DNA from: a virus | Lineage: Duplodnaviria > Caudoviricetes | IMG/VR virus record: IMGVR_UViG_2974512403_000001 | Span: 1 to 64,000 of that record | DNA: 64,000 nt | Reading direction: 5' to 3' (one strand) | In this document: positions 25,257 to 35,333 of the stretch, piece after piece | Numbering within the stretch: the stretch's first letter is position 1 | Layout: every line of letters begins with the position of its first letter | Notes under the pieces: model-generated | Databases searched by the model: none | What the model was told of the DNA's origin: nothing | Seen by the model: the letters and a program-made list of their open reading frames with translations, nothing else | Translations under genes and position numbers: made by a program

Positions 25257-25523
25257 TTGAAAGAAGTTAAGGATAATAAAATAGAAATTAACGGGAATAT
25301 GGTTTCGTTAGATGATCTATGTCAAGTTATCACTGAGTCAGATTCTATTCATGGACTAATTACTCAGAGATTTAATTTCGTTGGATCAAAAGATACTTGT
25401 GTCAGAGAAATTAAACATACGGATATTGTTCCAGAAAAAGGTTCCCACTTTTCAATTGCTGTTGCTAAATGGTGGACAACGGAAAAGGGTGATTTGGTTA
25501 ATGGGGCTTCAACACTACGGTAA
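25257..25523 (+). CDS. Hypothetical protein (88 aa)
   Basis: TTG start ORF. Confidence 0.65.
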   Translation: MKEVKDNKIEINGNMVSLDDLCQVITESDSIHGLITQRFNFVGSKDTCVREIKHTDIVPEKGSHFSIAVAKWWTTEKGDLVNGASTLR

Positions 25524-25938
25524 CAAAGTTGAATGTGATGGTTATACGTTTGATAGCACGAAAGAATATAACTTCTACAAAAAATTTATTAAAGATTGTG
25601 GATTTAAATTTAAAGTTCATGAAAAATATACGCTAATAGACAAAATTAAACTTGGTGACAAAATTTCGATCAGGAGTTTAACATACAAGCCTGATTTTAT
25701 TATCTTCAACAAGGATAATAGCATCAAACATGTTTATGACGTTAAGAACGGATTTACACCCTATGCAATTGATAGGGGGGCTGGTATATCTTTTAAATTG
25801 TTTGCACAGAGCATAGGAACACCAGTAGAAGTTGTAGTTGTTAGAACTCATGATTTTAAAACTAAAATATTAGGGACGACCAAAAAGTATGAAATTAAAA
25901 TTAGAAAGAGTGTCGATTATGATTGGAGCGAATGTTGA
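25501..25938 (+). CDS. DUF1064-like PD-(D/E)XK endonuclease
   Basis: YGNKVECDGYTFDSTKE...YKPDF...DVKNG. Confidence 0.8.
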   Translation: MGLQHYGNKVECDGYTFDSTKEYNFYKKFIKDCGFKFKVHEKYTLIDKIKLGDKISIRSLTYKPDFIIFNKDNSIKHVYDVKNGFTPYAIDRGAGISFKLFAQSIGTPVEVVVVRTHDFKTKILGTTKKYEIKIRKSVDYDWSEC

Positions 25939-26255
25939 TGTATCGTAAATTTGAGGGGGAATTAGACGGGGTAACACTTGATGGAATTAAAGAAATCTTT
26001 TTTGATAAATATTATAACATCGAGCATGGTGCAAAGCAAAGGGTAGAAGATGCAAAATCATTTATTAATAATGAATGCGGAAAATTCTTTGAATTGTATT
26101 TTGAGAATAATTTTATTTCTGTAACACCTTCTGAACAAGTAATGTCCGAAAATGATAGTGTAGCTCATTTTTTAGAAATATTAACTACATATGTTATTAC
26201 TGGTGAAGACGATGACTTACCATATAATAAAGATTTATTTTTTATTGGTAACTAG
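25932..26255 (+). CDS. Hypothetical protein (107 aa)
   Basis: GGAG RBS. Confidence 0.7.
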   Translation: MLMYRKFEGELDGVTLDGIKEIFFDKYYNIEHGAKQRVEDAKSFINNECGKFFELYFENNFISVTPSEQVMSENDSVAHFLEILTTYVITGEDDDLPYNKDLFFIGN

Positions 26256-26316
26256 TTGACTTGGTTAGCGGATAATGTTACTATTAAATAGTTATAAGAC
26301 AACATCTAGGAGGAAT

Positions 26317-27285
26317 ATGATGGAAACTCAATTGAATGAGCTAAAAGGTAATGCAGTATCAATTGTTGGGACACTAGAATCTAAGGATCTCTCATTAGAT
26401 AAAGATAAGCAAGGCAACGATATTGTCAAAGGGTTAGTTCGTGTGCAAGTTAAGAATGGCAATAAGGTAAATTCTTTTGTTCTCAATGTATACAATAAGA
26501 AATTTACTAACGCTGGTAAAGAAAACAAACTATATAACGGAATTGTAACAGTTATGAATGAATACAAGTCCATTGAAGAAACTGGTAGTGAAGAAACCGC
26601 TGACCGAGTTTCCGTAAATGCAGACTTGTCATACAACATTTATGCAAAAGATGGGGATATCATGGAAAACAACCGCCTACGTGCAAGTACATTCCATCGA
26701 GTAAACGGTAATCAAGGCGCAAAGGATCAGGCAATTGGTCAAATTACTGCGGTTATTGATAGCTATGTCGACGAAGAAGATTCTAATGGCGACCCAACTG
26801 GTAAGACGTTAGTTAACGCATTTACTGTTGGTTACAATGGCCGCGTTGGCAAAATCATGAAGCTAAAGGTTGCTGGTGATCTTTCAGAACAAATGCAAAG
26901 CTTCTTCCCAACTGGATCTACTGGTGTGCTGTCGTATGATTTATTCAATTATGTGATTGTTGAAGAACAAAGTGTTGACAATAACAGTAGCTCATTTGGT
27001 GAAATTCATGAAGTTGTACAACGCAAGTCATATGTTAACGAACTTCTGATTTCTGGTGGAGAAATGCTTAAGAATGAAGAAGAAGCGTTAGATGAAGATC
27101 AAATTAACGCAGCTAAGGTTGCATTGCGCAAGCAAAAGACAGAAGCACTGTCAAATGACACCCAAAGCGTAACGCACAAGACTGGATTTGGTAGTGCTAA
27201 GCCGAAGAGTGAATCAAATTCATCTGACCCATTCGCAAATGCTGGTGGTAGTATTGATATTACAGATGATGATTTGCCATTCTAA
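26317..27285 (+). CDS. ssb: Phage single-stranded DNA-binding protein
   Basis: OB-fold-like N-terminus; acidic tail DITDDDLPF. Confidence 0.75.
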   Translation: MMETQLNELKGNAVSIVGTLESKDLSLDKDKQGNDIVKGLVRVQVKNGNKVNSFVLNVYNKKFTNAGKENKLYNGIVTVMNEYKSIEETGSEETADRVSVNADLSYNIYAKDGDIMENNRLRASTFHRVNGNQGAKDQAIGQITAVIDSYVDEEDSNGDPTGKTLVNAFTVGYNGRVGKIMKLKVAGDLSEQMQSFFPTGSTGVLSYDLFNYVIVEEQSVDNNSSSFGEIHEVVQRKSYVNELLISGGEMLKNEEEALDEDQINAAKVALRKQKTEALSNDTQSVTHKTGFGSAKPKSESNSSDPFANAGGSIDITDDDLPF

Positions 27286-27317
27286 ATAATCACAATGACA
27301 TTAATGGAGGAATATGA

Positions 27318-28379
27318 ATGATTGATTTAACAAAAATTAAGGCTAACAAAGTTTCAACAGACCCATCAAGCTACAGTTTCTTGCTATATGGTAGTTCTAA
27401 GATCGGCAAGACTACTTTCGTAAATGGATTATTTCCAAATAATCGTTTACTTAACGTCATGACGGAAAAACGATATGGCGCCTTAGATGGTGCTATGGTT
27501 CAGTACATTTCTTCATGGGGCGAATTTAAGCAAGTTTTGGCACAATTAAAACGGCCAGAAGTGCAGAAGAACTTCGATGCTGTCTCAATCGATACTGTTG
27601 AAAACTTATATCGCTATGCAACTAAATTTACTGCTGGACAATTTGGCGAATTTAGTGTCGGTGATGGTGATGTTGGTTATGGTCGTGATTATACTCGACT
27701 AGATGAAGTTTGGTTCCGGGGATTAAAGGAACTAGAATCATTGCCTTATACGAATATTTTTGTATCTCATTCTACCAGCATTCAAGCCAAGATTCCATAT
27801 ATTGACTCTGATGAAGTTGAAAACATCCCAGATGCAACCACTAGTGAAGAAAAAGATGGCAGCAAGTTTATCGAGTTCACAAAGATCGTCCCAGACTTGA
27901 AACAAAAGGCGTTGGGACCCGTTTCAAAAATGGTTGATAATATCTTATTCGCAGAAAATAACTTGGTGAATGGCAAAGAAACACGCGTGTTACATCTACG
28001 TGGATCACTACAATACGATGCTGGGACAACATTTAAGAACGTTAAGCCTGTCATTGGGTTTAGTCCAGAAGAATACACAAAAGAAGTAAAGCGATCATTA
28101 GGTGAAAACTACTCTGAAACCACTGATAAGAAAGTCTTACATGCAGATGTTAAGGATAATGAATACGATTTTAAAGAATTACTTGAAAAAACCAAAAAGG
28201 TCGCATTTTCGTTCAGTGAAAACGATGACATGAAGTCGTTAACAACCATTGTTGAATCTGTAATTGGTAAAGGCCATAAGGTTAATGATTTAGATGAAAA
28301 ACGGTCAGATGACTTGCTTGTTATTTTGTCAGAATTGAAATCAGAAGCCGATAAGAAGGGTTACTCATATGGGGAATAA
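27318..28379 (+). CDS. AAA-24/Sak4-like P-loop NTPase (recombination/annealing)
   Basis: LLYGSSKIGKTT, SIDTVE; directly follows SSB. Confidence 0.8.
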   Translation: MIDLTKIKANKVSTDPSSYSFLLYGSSKIGKTTFVNGLFPNNRLLNVMTEKRYGALDGAMVQYISSWGEFKQVLAQLKRPEVQKNFDAVSIDTVENLYRYATKFTAGQFGEFSVGDGDVGYGRDYTRLDEVWFRGLKELESLPYTNIFVSHSTSIQAKIPYIDSDEVENIPDATTSEEKDGSKFIEFTKIVPDLKQKALGPVSKMVDNILFAENNLVNGKETRVLHLRGSLQYDAGTTFKNVKPVIGFSPEEYTKEVKRSLGENYSETTDKKVLHADVKDNEYDFKELLEKTKKVAFSFSENDDMKSLTTIVESVIGKGHKVNDLDEKRSDDLLVILSELKSEADKKGYSYGE

Positions 28380-28572
28380 CTATATTGGATCTACAAATCC
28401 GGCGTTTCTAAACGCTACTGACGCATTATCCAAGGCACTCAGCAATGTTGAAACTAGCAAGTTTACCCAGGCAGAAGCATATATGATCTATTCAATGTCG
28501 TCAAAAGTCAGTCGTGCTGTTTTAGAATCTGTTCCGTATGACATGTTAGGAGATAGTGATAACAATGAGTAG
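28369..28572 (+). CDS. Hypothetical protein (67 aa)
   Basis: ORF in operon. Confidence 0.65.
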   Translation: MGNNYIGSTNPAFLNATDALSKALSNVETSKFTQAEAYMIYSMSSKVSRAVLESVPYDMLGDSDNNE

Positions 28573-28762
28573 TAATTTGCTAGATTGGCAAGATGAAATT
28601 TTGGGTGTCGACAGTAGTATTGATTATTTGGCTAATGTATTGGAAGCAAGAGACATTAGTATGGCTGATGGCAGATGCACCCTAGTAGAAATTGATTCAC
28701 TTATCAATAAGTTAAATGGGATTAAGTGGATGTTAAAAAATGCTATGATCGGAGAAAATTGA
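28565..28762 (+). CDS. Hypothetical protein (65 aa)
   Basis: AGGAG RBS; start MSSNLL. Confidence 0.7.
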   Translation: MSSNLLDWQDEILGVDSSIDYLANVLEARDISMADGRCTLVEIDSLINKLNGIKWMLKNAMIGEN

Positions 28763-29985
28763 TGGCTATTTACAGCGACAAAAAAGATAAGAAACATGAA
28801 ATTGATGATGTCGGTCTTGAAAAGGCCGTTAAATATAAGATCGAATTACAACGTGATAATGGACGTGCTAATTGGAATAAAGTGGCACGACTATTACGTG
28901 AAGATGGCTATGATGCAAAACAATGTGAAGGATTTCGTCAGGCCGTAAAGAACAAGCAGCATAAAATGGGTCTTTTACCAACTCAAAAAGATCAGTGGTC
29001 AAATGAACTTGACCATAAGAAAGACGCAATTAACAAAGAAATCGATCAAATGCTTCTTGAAAAACGTGAGCTTCAATTAATTAGACGAGACTTCAATAAG
29101 AATCGTCGGGCATACGCAGATCAGGAATTATTCAAGCGCGATATTGCTACTGCTTTAAAGAAGAGCATCCATATTGACATCGTAAGCCCACCTAAAACGA
29201 CTTACGCATACGGGCAACATGCTTTGCTTGTTGTGCTTTCAGATCTTCACATCGGAGCAAGTGTCGACGTTGATGGATATGCGTACAATGAAGACATTGC
29301 AAAGCAAAAGCTTGAACAATATCGTGATCGGGTTGTAGAATATGCAAAGATGGCTAAGCCTGGCGTAATCTATGTTGAAAATATTGGTGATAGCATTGAA
29401 GGTGCGTACATGCGTAGTAACCAATCGTACGAAATCACCATGAAATTATCAGATCAGATTAAGACGGCTGTTAAATTAATTTCTGAGTTTGTTGTTGGAC
29501 TGCAACAAGAATTGGGAATTGAAGTTTATTACACTGGTATCATGGGAAACCACGACCGTGCCAATGGAAACAAGTTTGATAACCTGCCGGATGATGGCTT
29601 TCAAACAGTCATCTCAATGGCTTTGTCAACGATCTCTGAACAGTACGATAAGTTACACGTACTAGAACCAGATAAGCAAACAGAAGATCATATTAGCGTG
29701 AACGGCACAAACGTCAAGTTTGTTCATGGGGACTTACAGAACTTGTCTAAATCAGAAACGTTAGCCACATCAAGCCAATTTGATGATATGCGGTATAGCG
29801 CTTTGGTTGGTGGACATTTCCATAGTTTAGCTATTCGTGAAGAATCTGGACTAGTTATTCAGTCTGGGTCAGTAATTGGCCCGACAAGCTATTCTGAGCG
29901 TTTGCACTTTAAAGCATCACGATCACAGGTGATTTTAGATGTTGATGAACATGGCGTTATTACGCCAATTCCAGTTATCTTATAA
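28762..29985 (+). CDS. Calcineurin-like metallophosphoesterase with N-terminal helical extension
   Basis: SDLHIG, GDSIEG, GNHDR, HGD, GHFH. Confidence 0.85.
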   Translation: MAIYSDKKDKKHEIDDVGLEKAVKYKIELQRDNGRANWNKVARLLREDGYDAKQCEGFRQAVKNKQHKMGLLPTQKDQWSNELDHKKDAINKEIDQMLLEKRELQLIRRDFNKNRRAYADQELFKRDIATALKKSIHIDIVSPPKTTYAYGQHALLVVLSDLHIGASVDVDGYAYNEDIAKQKLEQYRDRVVEYAKMAKPGVIYVENIGDSIEGAYMRSNQSYEITMKLSDQIKTAVKLISEFVVGLQQELGIEVYYTGIMGNHDRANGNKFDNLPDDGFQTVISMALSTISEQYDKLHVLEPDKQTEDHISVNGTNVKFVHGDLQNLSKSETLATSSQFDDMRYSALVGGHFHSLAIREESGLVIQSGSVIGPTSYSERLHFKASRSQVILDVDEHGVITPIPVIL

Positions 29986-30003
29986 AAGAAAGAAGATTAA
30001 AAA

Positions 30004-30768
30004 TTGCAATCTAATGTACTTAACGAACAGTCTGTAACGAAAAACGAAAACTATTTTAAGTGGCTATTTAATCAAATCAAGGGGTGGCCACAACAAAATT
30101 ACTACTTATTCTGGTTTGCCATCGGTGCACAAGTAATGACGCTTGTTAGCAACCCTATCACATTAGTTTCATTTTTAACTTTCGTTGGTACGACTTTAGG
30201 CGTACTTTGCGTTTTGAGTATTAATGCTGCTAAATCTGTCAATGGATGGTTAGGGCTTGTATCAGCGATGCTATTCATCTATGTAGGGTTTGAAGCCAAA
30301 AATTACCTCAGCATGGCCGAACAGTTAGCATACATTGTTACTCTTGATCTGCCGGTGTTATTAGCAGTTAAGTCTTGGAACGGAAATACTGTTCATAACT
30401 TGCGGAAATTTGGCTCAAAAGAATGGATGATCGCAATTGTTGGAACATTGGTTGTTTATGCCTTGTCTGGTTATTTAATTGGTGCGTTAACAGACGATCC
30501 TCGTCCATGGATTGATGCAATTGCTTTCTCAATTAGTTTAACTGCCGGAGTTATGTGCTTCATGCGCTATAACAATCAGTATTACTGGTGGTTAGCATCT
30601 GGGTTAGCACAAATGGTTTTGTGGTTTGTATCTTTCAAGCAAGGATCAGCAACGCTTGCAATGTTTGTTAACAGTTCAATTTACTTGATGAATGATGTCT
30701 TAGCGTTCACGGTATCGCCATGGTTCTCACGAGGGCGTAAAAATGCTGGACTAGAACAGATTAAGTAA
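30004..30768 (+). CDS. pnuC: PnuC-family transporter
   Basis: Multiple TM helices; DDPRPWIDA, MRYNNQYYWW. Confidence 0.85.
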   Translation: MQSNVLNEQSVTKNENYFKWLFNQIKGWPQQNYYLFWFAIGAQVMTLVSNPITLVSFLTFVGTTLGVLCVLSINAAKSVNGWLGLVSAMLFIYVGFEAKNYLSMAEQLAYIVTLDLPVLLAVKSWNGNTVHNLRKFGSKEWMIAIVGTLVVYALSGYLIGALTDDPRPWIDAIAFSISLTAGVMCFMRYNNQYYWWLASGLAQMVLWFVSFKQGSATLAMFVNSSIYLMNDVLAFTVSPWFSRGRKNAGLEQIK

Positions 30769-30787
30769 TTCTATAGGAGGTACCATT

Positions 30788-30994
30788 ATGGAAGATGAAT
30801 GTGTCCCAATTGAAGTATTAGAAGATGAAAGAAAAGAAGCTAAACAGGATGCTGTGTTAGACGTAATTGAGCGTATTCACTCATTGATTGGTAATGGAAT
30901 TTCTTCTCATCAATTCAAAGTTATTGCAGATGATCTGACAAATTACTACGACATTCATGACCCCATTGATGGCTATGATTACAATGTTCAATGA
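30788..30994 (+). CDS. Acidic hypothetical protein (68 aa)
   Basis: AGGAGG RBS. Confidence 0.7.
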   Translation: MEDECVPIEVLEDERKEAKQDAVLDVIERIHSLIGNGISSHQFKVIADDLTNYYDIHDPIDGYDYNVQ

Positions 30995-31151
30995 TTTCAT
31001 GGAAGAGTCTGAGCGTATTAATTGGCTTGAACAAAAAGTTGAGGAATACAAAGATAAAATTGATGTTTTAAATGATAAGATTGAGGATTTACAATATCTC
31101 AATGAAGCCCTAGAACAAGAGAATAACTATCTTAGCAATAGGATGTTTTAG
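30984..31151 (+). CDS. Small coiled-coil protein (55 aa)
   Basis: Heptad pattern; start MFNDFM. Confidence 0.6.
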   Translation: MFNDFMEESERINWLEQKVEEYKDKIDVLNDKIEDLQYLNEALEQENNYLSNRMF

Positions 31152-31163
31152 AAAGGATTATTA

Positions 31164-31484
31164 ATGACGCAAAAAGTTTTAACAACCGTTTATAGGAAAG
31201 ACAATTGTAGCCAATGCCGTATGACTTTAAAGACGATGGATAAATACGATATTCATCCATTAATTGCTAATATTTCTGACTTGTCAGATGATGAAATTGA
31301 GGGATTAAAAGAAAAGGGTATGGGACACGCGCCAATCGTAACGTTTAGCTATCTTAGAGAAGATAAGGGTGTGTCCGTATCAGAAACCGGCTTGTGGTCA
31401 GGATTCCAGGTGGATGAAATTAAGAAACTTTCTAAGTTGTATAAGGATGGTGCAAAATGGAAGAACAGAAGTTCAGAGAATTAG
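31164..31484 (+). CDS. nrdH: NrdH-like glutaredoxin
   Basis: VYRKDNCSQCRMT, APIV, WSGFQVD. Confidence 0.85.
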   Translation: MTQKVLTTVYRKDNCSQCRMTLKTMDKYDIHPLIANISDLSDDEIEGLKEKGMGHAPIVTFSYLREDKGVSVSETGLWSGFQVDEIKKLSKLYKDGAKWKNRSSEN

Positions 31485-31702
31485 CAATTGAACAGGTGAA
31501 AAAGTATTGCCAAAACGTAACTGGTATTACGGTGTTTGAAACATATGTTGTCTGGATCGTCAAAGATTTACAGAACAACAAGGCATTACTATCCACAAAC
31601 ATTCCAGATGGAAGATATTATGAAGTTACCCACGATGGAGATAAGCATGAACTGTATGTTGATGCTTACGCAAAAGAAAAGAATTTTTCAGTCAAAGTTT
31701 AA
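31457..31702 (+). CDS. DUF6275-like phage protein
   Basis: YVVW...LQNNKALLST...DGRYYEVTHDGDK...DAY. Confidence 0.75.
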   Translation: MEEQKFRELAIEQVKKYCQNVTGITVFETYVVWIVKDLQNNKALLSTNIPDGRYYEVTHDGDKHELYVDAYAKEKNFSVKV

Positions 31703-31708
31703 TATTAA

Positions 31709-31740
31709 TTGACAAAAGCATATCATTTATGATATGCTTT
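31709..31740 (+). promoter_or_regulatory. Promoter with overlapping palindrome
   Basis: TTGACA, then AAAGCATATCAT-TT-ATGATATGCTTT (AGCATA-N10-TATGCT). Confidence 0.7.
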
Positions 31741-31769
31741 TTATGTTGATAAATGAAAGAAGGTAAATA

Positions 31770-32165
31770 GTGATGGAAAAAACGAAAACTAAAGATTTGG
31801 AAGTTGGTCAAGATCTATATGACTTTTATATAGATGATAATGGACATGTAAAAGCGTCTAAGGTATACGTTATTAAAAAGAACAAGACGAATTTTTACTT
31901 TTCATATGACAAGTATGGACGAACAAATAGTTATATGTGTTTAAAGACAACAGGAACACTGCCAAAGTTATGGCGACCCAGCTTTATTGAATTACACTAT
32001 ATCTCTGACGACGAAAATTTTGGAGAAGAATGGGAAAAACAAGTCAAAGAACGTTCACGGTACAAGGAAAAAATTGAACATAGTATTAATGAACTATTTT
32101 TTGGCAATTACAACATTGAAGATTATAAGAATGTTTCCAAATCTTTAGATGATATTTTGAAATAA
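31770..32165 (+). CDS. Hypothetical protein (131 aa)
   Basis: AAGG RBS. Confidence 0.75.
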   Translation: MMEKTKTKDLEVGQDLYDFYIDDNGHVKASKVYVIKKNKTNFYFSYDKYGRTNSYMCLKTTGTLPKLWRPSFIELHYISDDENFGEEWEKQVKERSRYKEKIEHSINELFFGNYNIEDYKNVSKSLDDILK

Positions 32166-32166
32166 T

Positions 32167-32499
32167 ATGGAGGAATTAAATATGAAAACATACAAGCAAC
32201 GATTACACAAAGATTTTTACAAGAGAGTTGAATATGCAAGACAGATTGCGAAAAATAATGATGACTGTTTGCCACAAGAAAACAGGAGACTGTTTAGGTT
32301 GGCACACGGTACCATCAATAATTATACATCTAACGCAGATTTTCCGACAAAGAATAATAGAAATGTATGTTTTGGAGCGCATGGTCTTCGTTACGGTGAT
32401 GGCTATACGGAGTCCAAGATTACTTCACTTTTAATTGGACTTAGTTCAGAAGAAATTGTTAACAAATTACAGAATGTAATCAACAATCTTGTTAACTAA
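32167..32499 (+). CDS. Hypothetical protein
   Basis: ORF; start may be 32182. Confidence 0.7.
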   Translation: MEELNMKTYKQRLHKDFYKRVEYARQIAKNNDDCLPQENRRLFRLAHGTINNYTSNADFPTKNNRNVCFGAHGLRYGDGYTESKITSLLIGLSSEEIVNKLQNVINNLVN

Positions 32500-32530
32500 A
32501 ATATAGCTTTTATAAAGGAAGTGAACAGTT

Positions 32531-33016
32531 ATGACCCCTATTCTTGATGCTTGCTGTGGTGGAAAAATGTTTTGGTTTGACAAAGACAATCAAAACGTTA
32601 CATTTATGGATCGTCGTGAGGAAGAAAACATCATTGGTAAATATCAAACAAAACAAGGAGAAAAAGACAGGGTGTTAAGGGTTGCACCAGATATAGTTGG
32701 CGATTTTAGAAATATGCCATTCAGCAATGAATCATTTTACATGGTCGTGTTTGATCCACCACATTTACGGTATGCCGGTAAATCATCATGGCTGGCCAAG
32801 AAGTATGGCACGTTAGACGAAACTTGGCCATTTGATCTACGGAAGGGGTTTACCGAGTGCATGCGGGTATTAAAGCCGCATGGCACATTAATATTTAAAT
32901 GGAATGAAGAACAAATTAAATTGAGTGAGCTGTTAGATGCTATTGGACAACAACCGTTGTTTGGAGACAAGCGTGGCAAGACACACTGGTTGGTATTTAT
33001 GAAAGGAATTTTATAA
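32531..33016 (+). CDS. Small SAM-dependent amino-(N6A/N4C) DNA methyltransferase
   Basis: ILDACCGGKMFW (motif I), VFDPPHL (motif IV). Confidence 0.85.
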   Translation: MTPILDACCGGKMFWFDKDNQNVTFMDRREEENIIGKYQTKQGEKDRVLRVAPDIVGDFRNMPFSNESFYMVVFDPPHLRYAGKSSWLAKKYGTLDETWPFDLRKGFTECMRVLKPHGTLIFKWNEEQIKLSELLDAIGQQPLFGDKRGKTHWLVFMKGIL

Positions 33017-35136
33017 TGAGATTTTTAGATCTATTTGCTGGTGTTGGTGGGATTAGGCTTGGTATGGAACAAGCCGGACACAAGTGTGTTGGGTGGGTAG
33101 AATGGGACAAATTCGCTCGAAAAAGCTATATTGCAGTCCACAATCCTACAAACGAGTACACAGAGAAAGATATTAATGATATTAAAGTGAGCGATTTACC
33201 AGTTGCTGATTGTTGGTGTTTTGGCTTTCCTTGCAGCCCAGCCGGAACAAAAGTGAAAACAATTGATGGATATAAAAATATCGAAGATATTAAAAAAGGT
33301 GATCTAGTTTTAACTCATCAAGGCCGTTATCAGAAGGTTATTCGACCAATGTCTAAAATTGCTGTAGCAATAAATAAAATCAACGCAAAAGGAGTATTCG
33401 ACTTACAGCTAACTGATAATCATCCATTATACGTATATAACATTAACACTAAAGAGTTTGAATGGGTTAAAGCTTCCAAGTTAAATAAAGATATTCACTA
33501 TCTAACTCTAAACATCAATAGACAAGAAGATAGAATTAATCTATCAAATGATGATATTTGGTTATTGGGTAGATATGTTTCTGACGGATATAAAAGTAAA
33601 AACGCAAGTTCATATACACAATTTGCGGTAAGAAACTCTAAAGAAAATGAATTTGTTGGCCATTTAGGCGAACATGATTATTCTATTTATCATTCTGATA
33701 GAACTGCTCCTGAATATGTAATCAAAGACCAAATATTTAGTAATTTAGCTGGTGAATTTGGAGATGGAGCTAAAAATAAGCGCTTAGCAGAATGGATCGT
33801 TAATGCGCCTATTAATCAAATTAAAACTTTTATTGACGGTTATCTTTCTGGTGATGGATATATTTCTAATGTTAGAACGATGTGGTCTACTGTTTCTGAA
33901 GAACTAGCATTAGGATTACAGTCTTTGTTTATTAAGGCGTTTCATAAGGTTCCAGCAATTTATGTCCGTCACGATAGGCGAAGTGTTACTTTTAATGATA
34001 CGTATAATTCTCAGATTCATAAAAAAGATGTTGGAACATTTGTAGTTGGAAATTACATGTGTACAAAAATTAAAAATATCGAAAGAACAGAGCGGCCTGT
34101 CGAAGTTTTCAATATGGAAGTTGAAAACGACAACTCTTATACACTAGAGAATATTATTGTTCACAATTGCCAAGATATATCAGTCGCTGGTAAACAAGGA
34201 GGATTCACAAATGGAAAAAGGTCAAGTCTGTTCTTCAAAGTCACAGGACTTATTAGGGAACTCAAAGAAGAAGATAAACCCAGCTACCTATTCATTGAAA
34301 ATGTTAAAAACCTACTTAGCATCAACAAGGGGTGGGACTTCGCAAAGTTGCAAATTGAATTGGATGAAATCGGGTACGATGTCGAATGGGACGTTCTCGA
34401 CTCAGCAGAAGTCGTGCCTCAGCACCGGGAACGCATCTTCATTATCGGACATCTTAGAGGACGAGGTACCAGAAAAGTATTTCCTATCTCAAGACAAGGT
34501 AGAAAAACTAGTAACGAAATAAAAGAAATTACTAAGGTCAATAAAAATCGCCACAGCTCAGAGGGAAATTCCGTATTAGATACAAATGGTTTGGGGCAAA
34601 CTATTTCTGCAACTAGCTTTAAGCATGTGATGAAAATTGCTATTAACCAGGTTGGTAATATAAGCAACTCAAAATCATATAATGGCAATCCACAGGTTGG
34701 CCGTGTATATGGGACTGATGGAATTGCACCAACTCTAAGCACTATGCAAGGTGGTGGTCAAGAGCCAAAGATTGCTGTTGCTAAAAAACGATTTGGAAGA
34801 CTTGGAATACAGGCAGTAGAAACATTTAATTACAAACGGCCAAAATATGGAGATACGATTGATCCATATAATAAACGTATTCGTACTGATGGGAATACAA
34901 ATACCATAACAACAAGACCAGAGGGACTTAAAACGGCAATACTTCCAGTTACACAGGATATGCGAATCAGAAAACTAATACCACTTGAATGCTGGCGACT
35001 GCAAGGTTTCCCAGATTGGGCGTTTGAACGTGCTAAGCAAGCCGGATTAAGTGACAGCCAACTGTATAAGCAGGCAGGCAACAGTGTGACGGTGCCTGTT
35101 ATTAAAGCGATTGCTAAGAATATGGAGATGTATTAA
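33016..35136 (+). CDS. dcm: C5-cytosine DNA methyltransferase containing an intein
   Basis: FAGVGG, FP/CQD split by insertion, IENVKNL, QHRERIFIIG, RLQGFPD, QAGNSVTV. Confidence 0.92.
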   Translation: MRFLDLFAGVGGIRLGMEQAGHKCVGWVEWDKFARKSYIAVHNPTNEYTEKDINDIKVSDLPVADCWCFGFPCSPAGTKVKTIDGYKNIEDIKKGDLVLTHQGRYQKVIRPMSKIAVAINKINAKGVFDLQLTDNHPLYVYNINTKEFEWVKASKLNKDIHYLTLNINRQEDRINLSNDDIWLLGRYVSDGYKSKNASSYTQFAVRNSKENEFVGHLGEHDYSIYHSDRTAPEYVIKDQIFSNLAGEFGDGAKNKRLAEWIVNAPINQIKTFIDGYLSGDGYISNVRTMWSTVSEELALGLQSLFIKAFHKVPAIYVRHDRRSVTFNDTYNSQIHKKDVGTFVVGNYMCTKIKNIERTERPVEVFNMEVENDNSYTLENIIVHNCQDISVAGKQGGFTNGKRSSLFFKVTGLIRELKEEDKPSYLFIENVKNLLSINKGWDFAKLQIELDEIGYDVEWDVLDSAEVVPQHRERIFIIGHLRGRGTRKVFPISRQGRKTSNEIKEITKVNKNRHSSEGNSVLDTNGLGQTISATSFKHVMKIAINQVGNISNSKSYNGNPQVGRVYGTDGIAPTLSTMQGGGQEPKIAVAKKRFGRLGIQAVETFNYKRPKYGDTIDPYNKRIRTDGNTNTITTRPEGLKTAILPVTQDMRIRKLIPLECWRLQGFPDWAFERAKQAGLSDSQLYKQAGNSVTVPVIKAIAKNMEMY
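33232..34167 (+). mobile_element. Intein (312 aa) with LAGLIDADG homing-endonuclease motifs
   Basis: Starts CSPAGTKV, ends IIVHN, +1 residue Cys; WLLGRYVSDG and FIDGYLSGDG blocks; excision restores GFPCQDIS. Confidence 0.92.
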
Positions 35137-35325
35137 ATGCAAAAAGACAACCTAAGAACTAAATTAGAAGAAGTAATTGATAGATATGGGTTAACATATG
35201 AGAGTTACGATGAAGAAGGAGATCTAGCGCCGTCAAATGTTGAATATGACTTGATTGATGATATTGTTGATCTGGTTTCAGATGAAGTTTCAGGATTTAT
35301 TTTAGAACAGAACAAAATTATTTAA
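35137..35325 (+). CDS. Small acidic protein (62 aa)
   Basis: ORF directly after the MTase. Confidence 0.65.
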   Translation: MQKDNLRTKLEEVIDRYGLTYESYDEEGDLAPSNVEYDLIDDIVDLVSDEVSGFILEQNKII

Positions 35326-35333
35326 ATCAGGTA

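Noticed and set aside
34157-35081. Alternative-frame ORFs overlapping the methyltransferase
   Set aside because: The main frame carries all C5-MTase motifs continuously; the others are shadows
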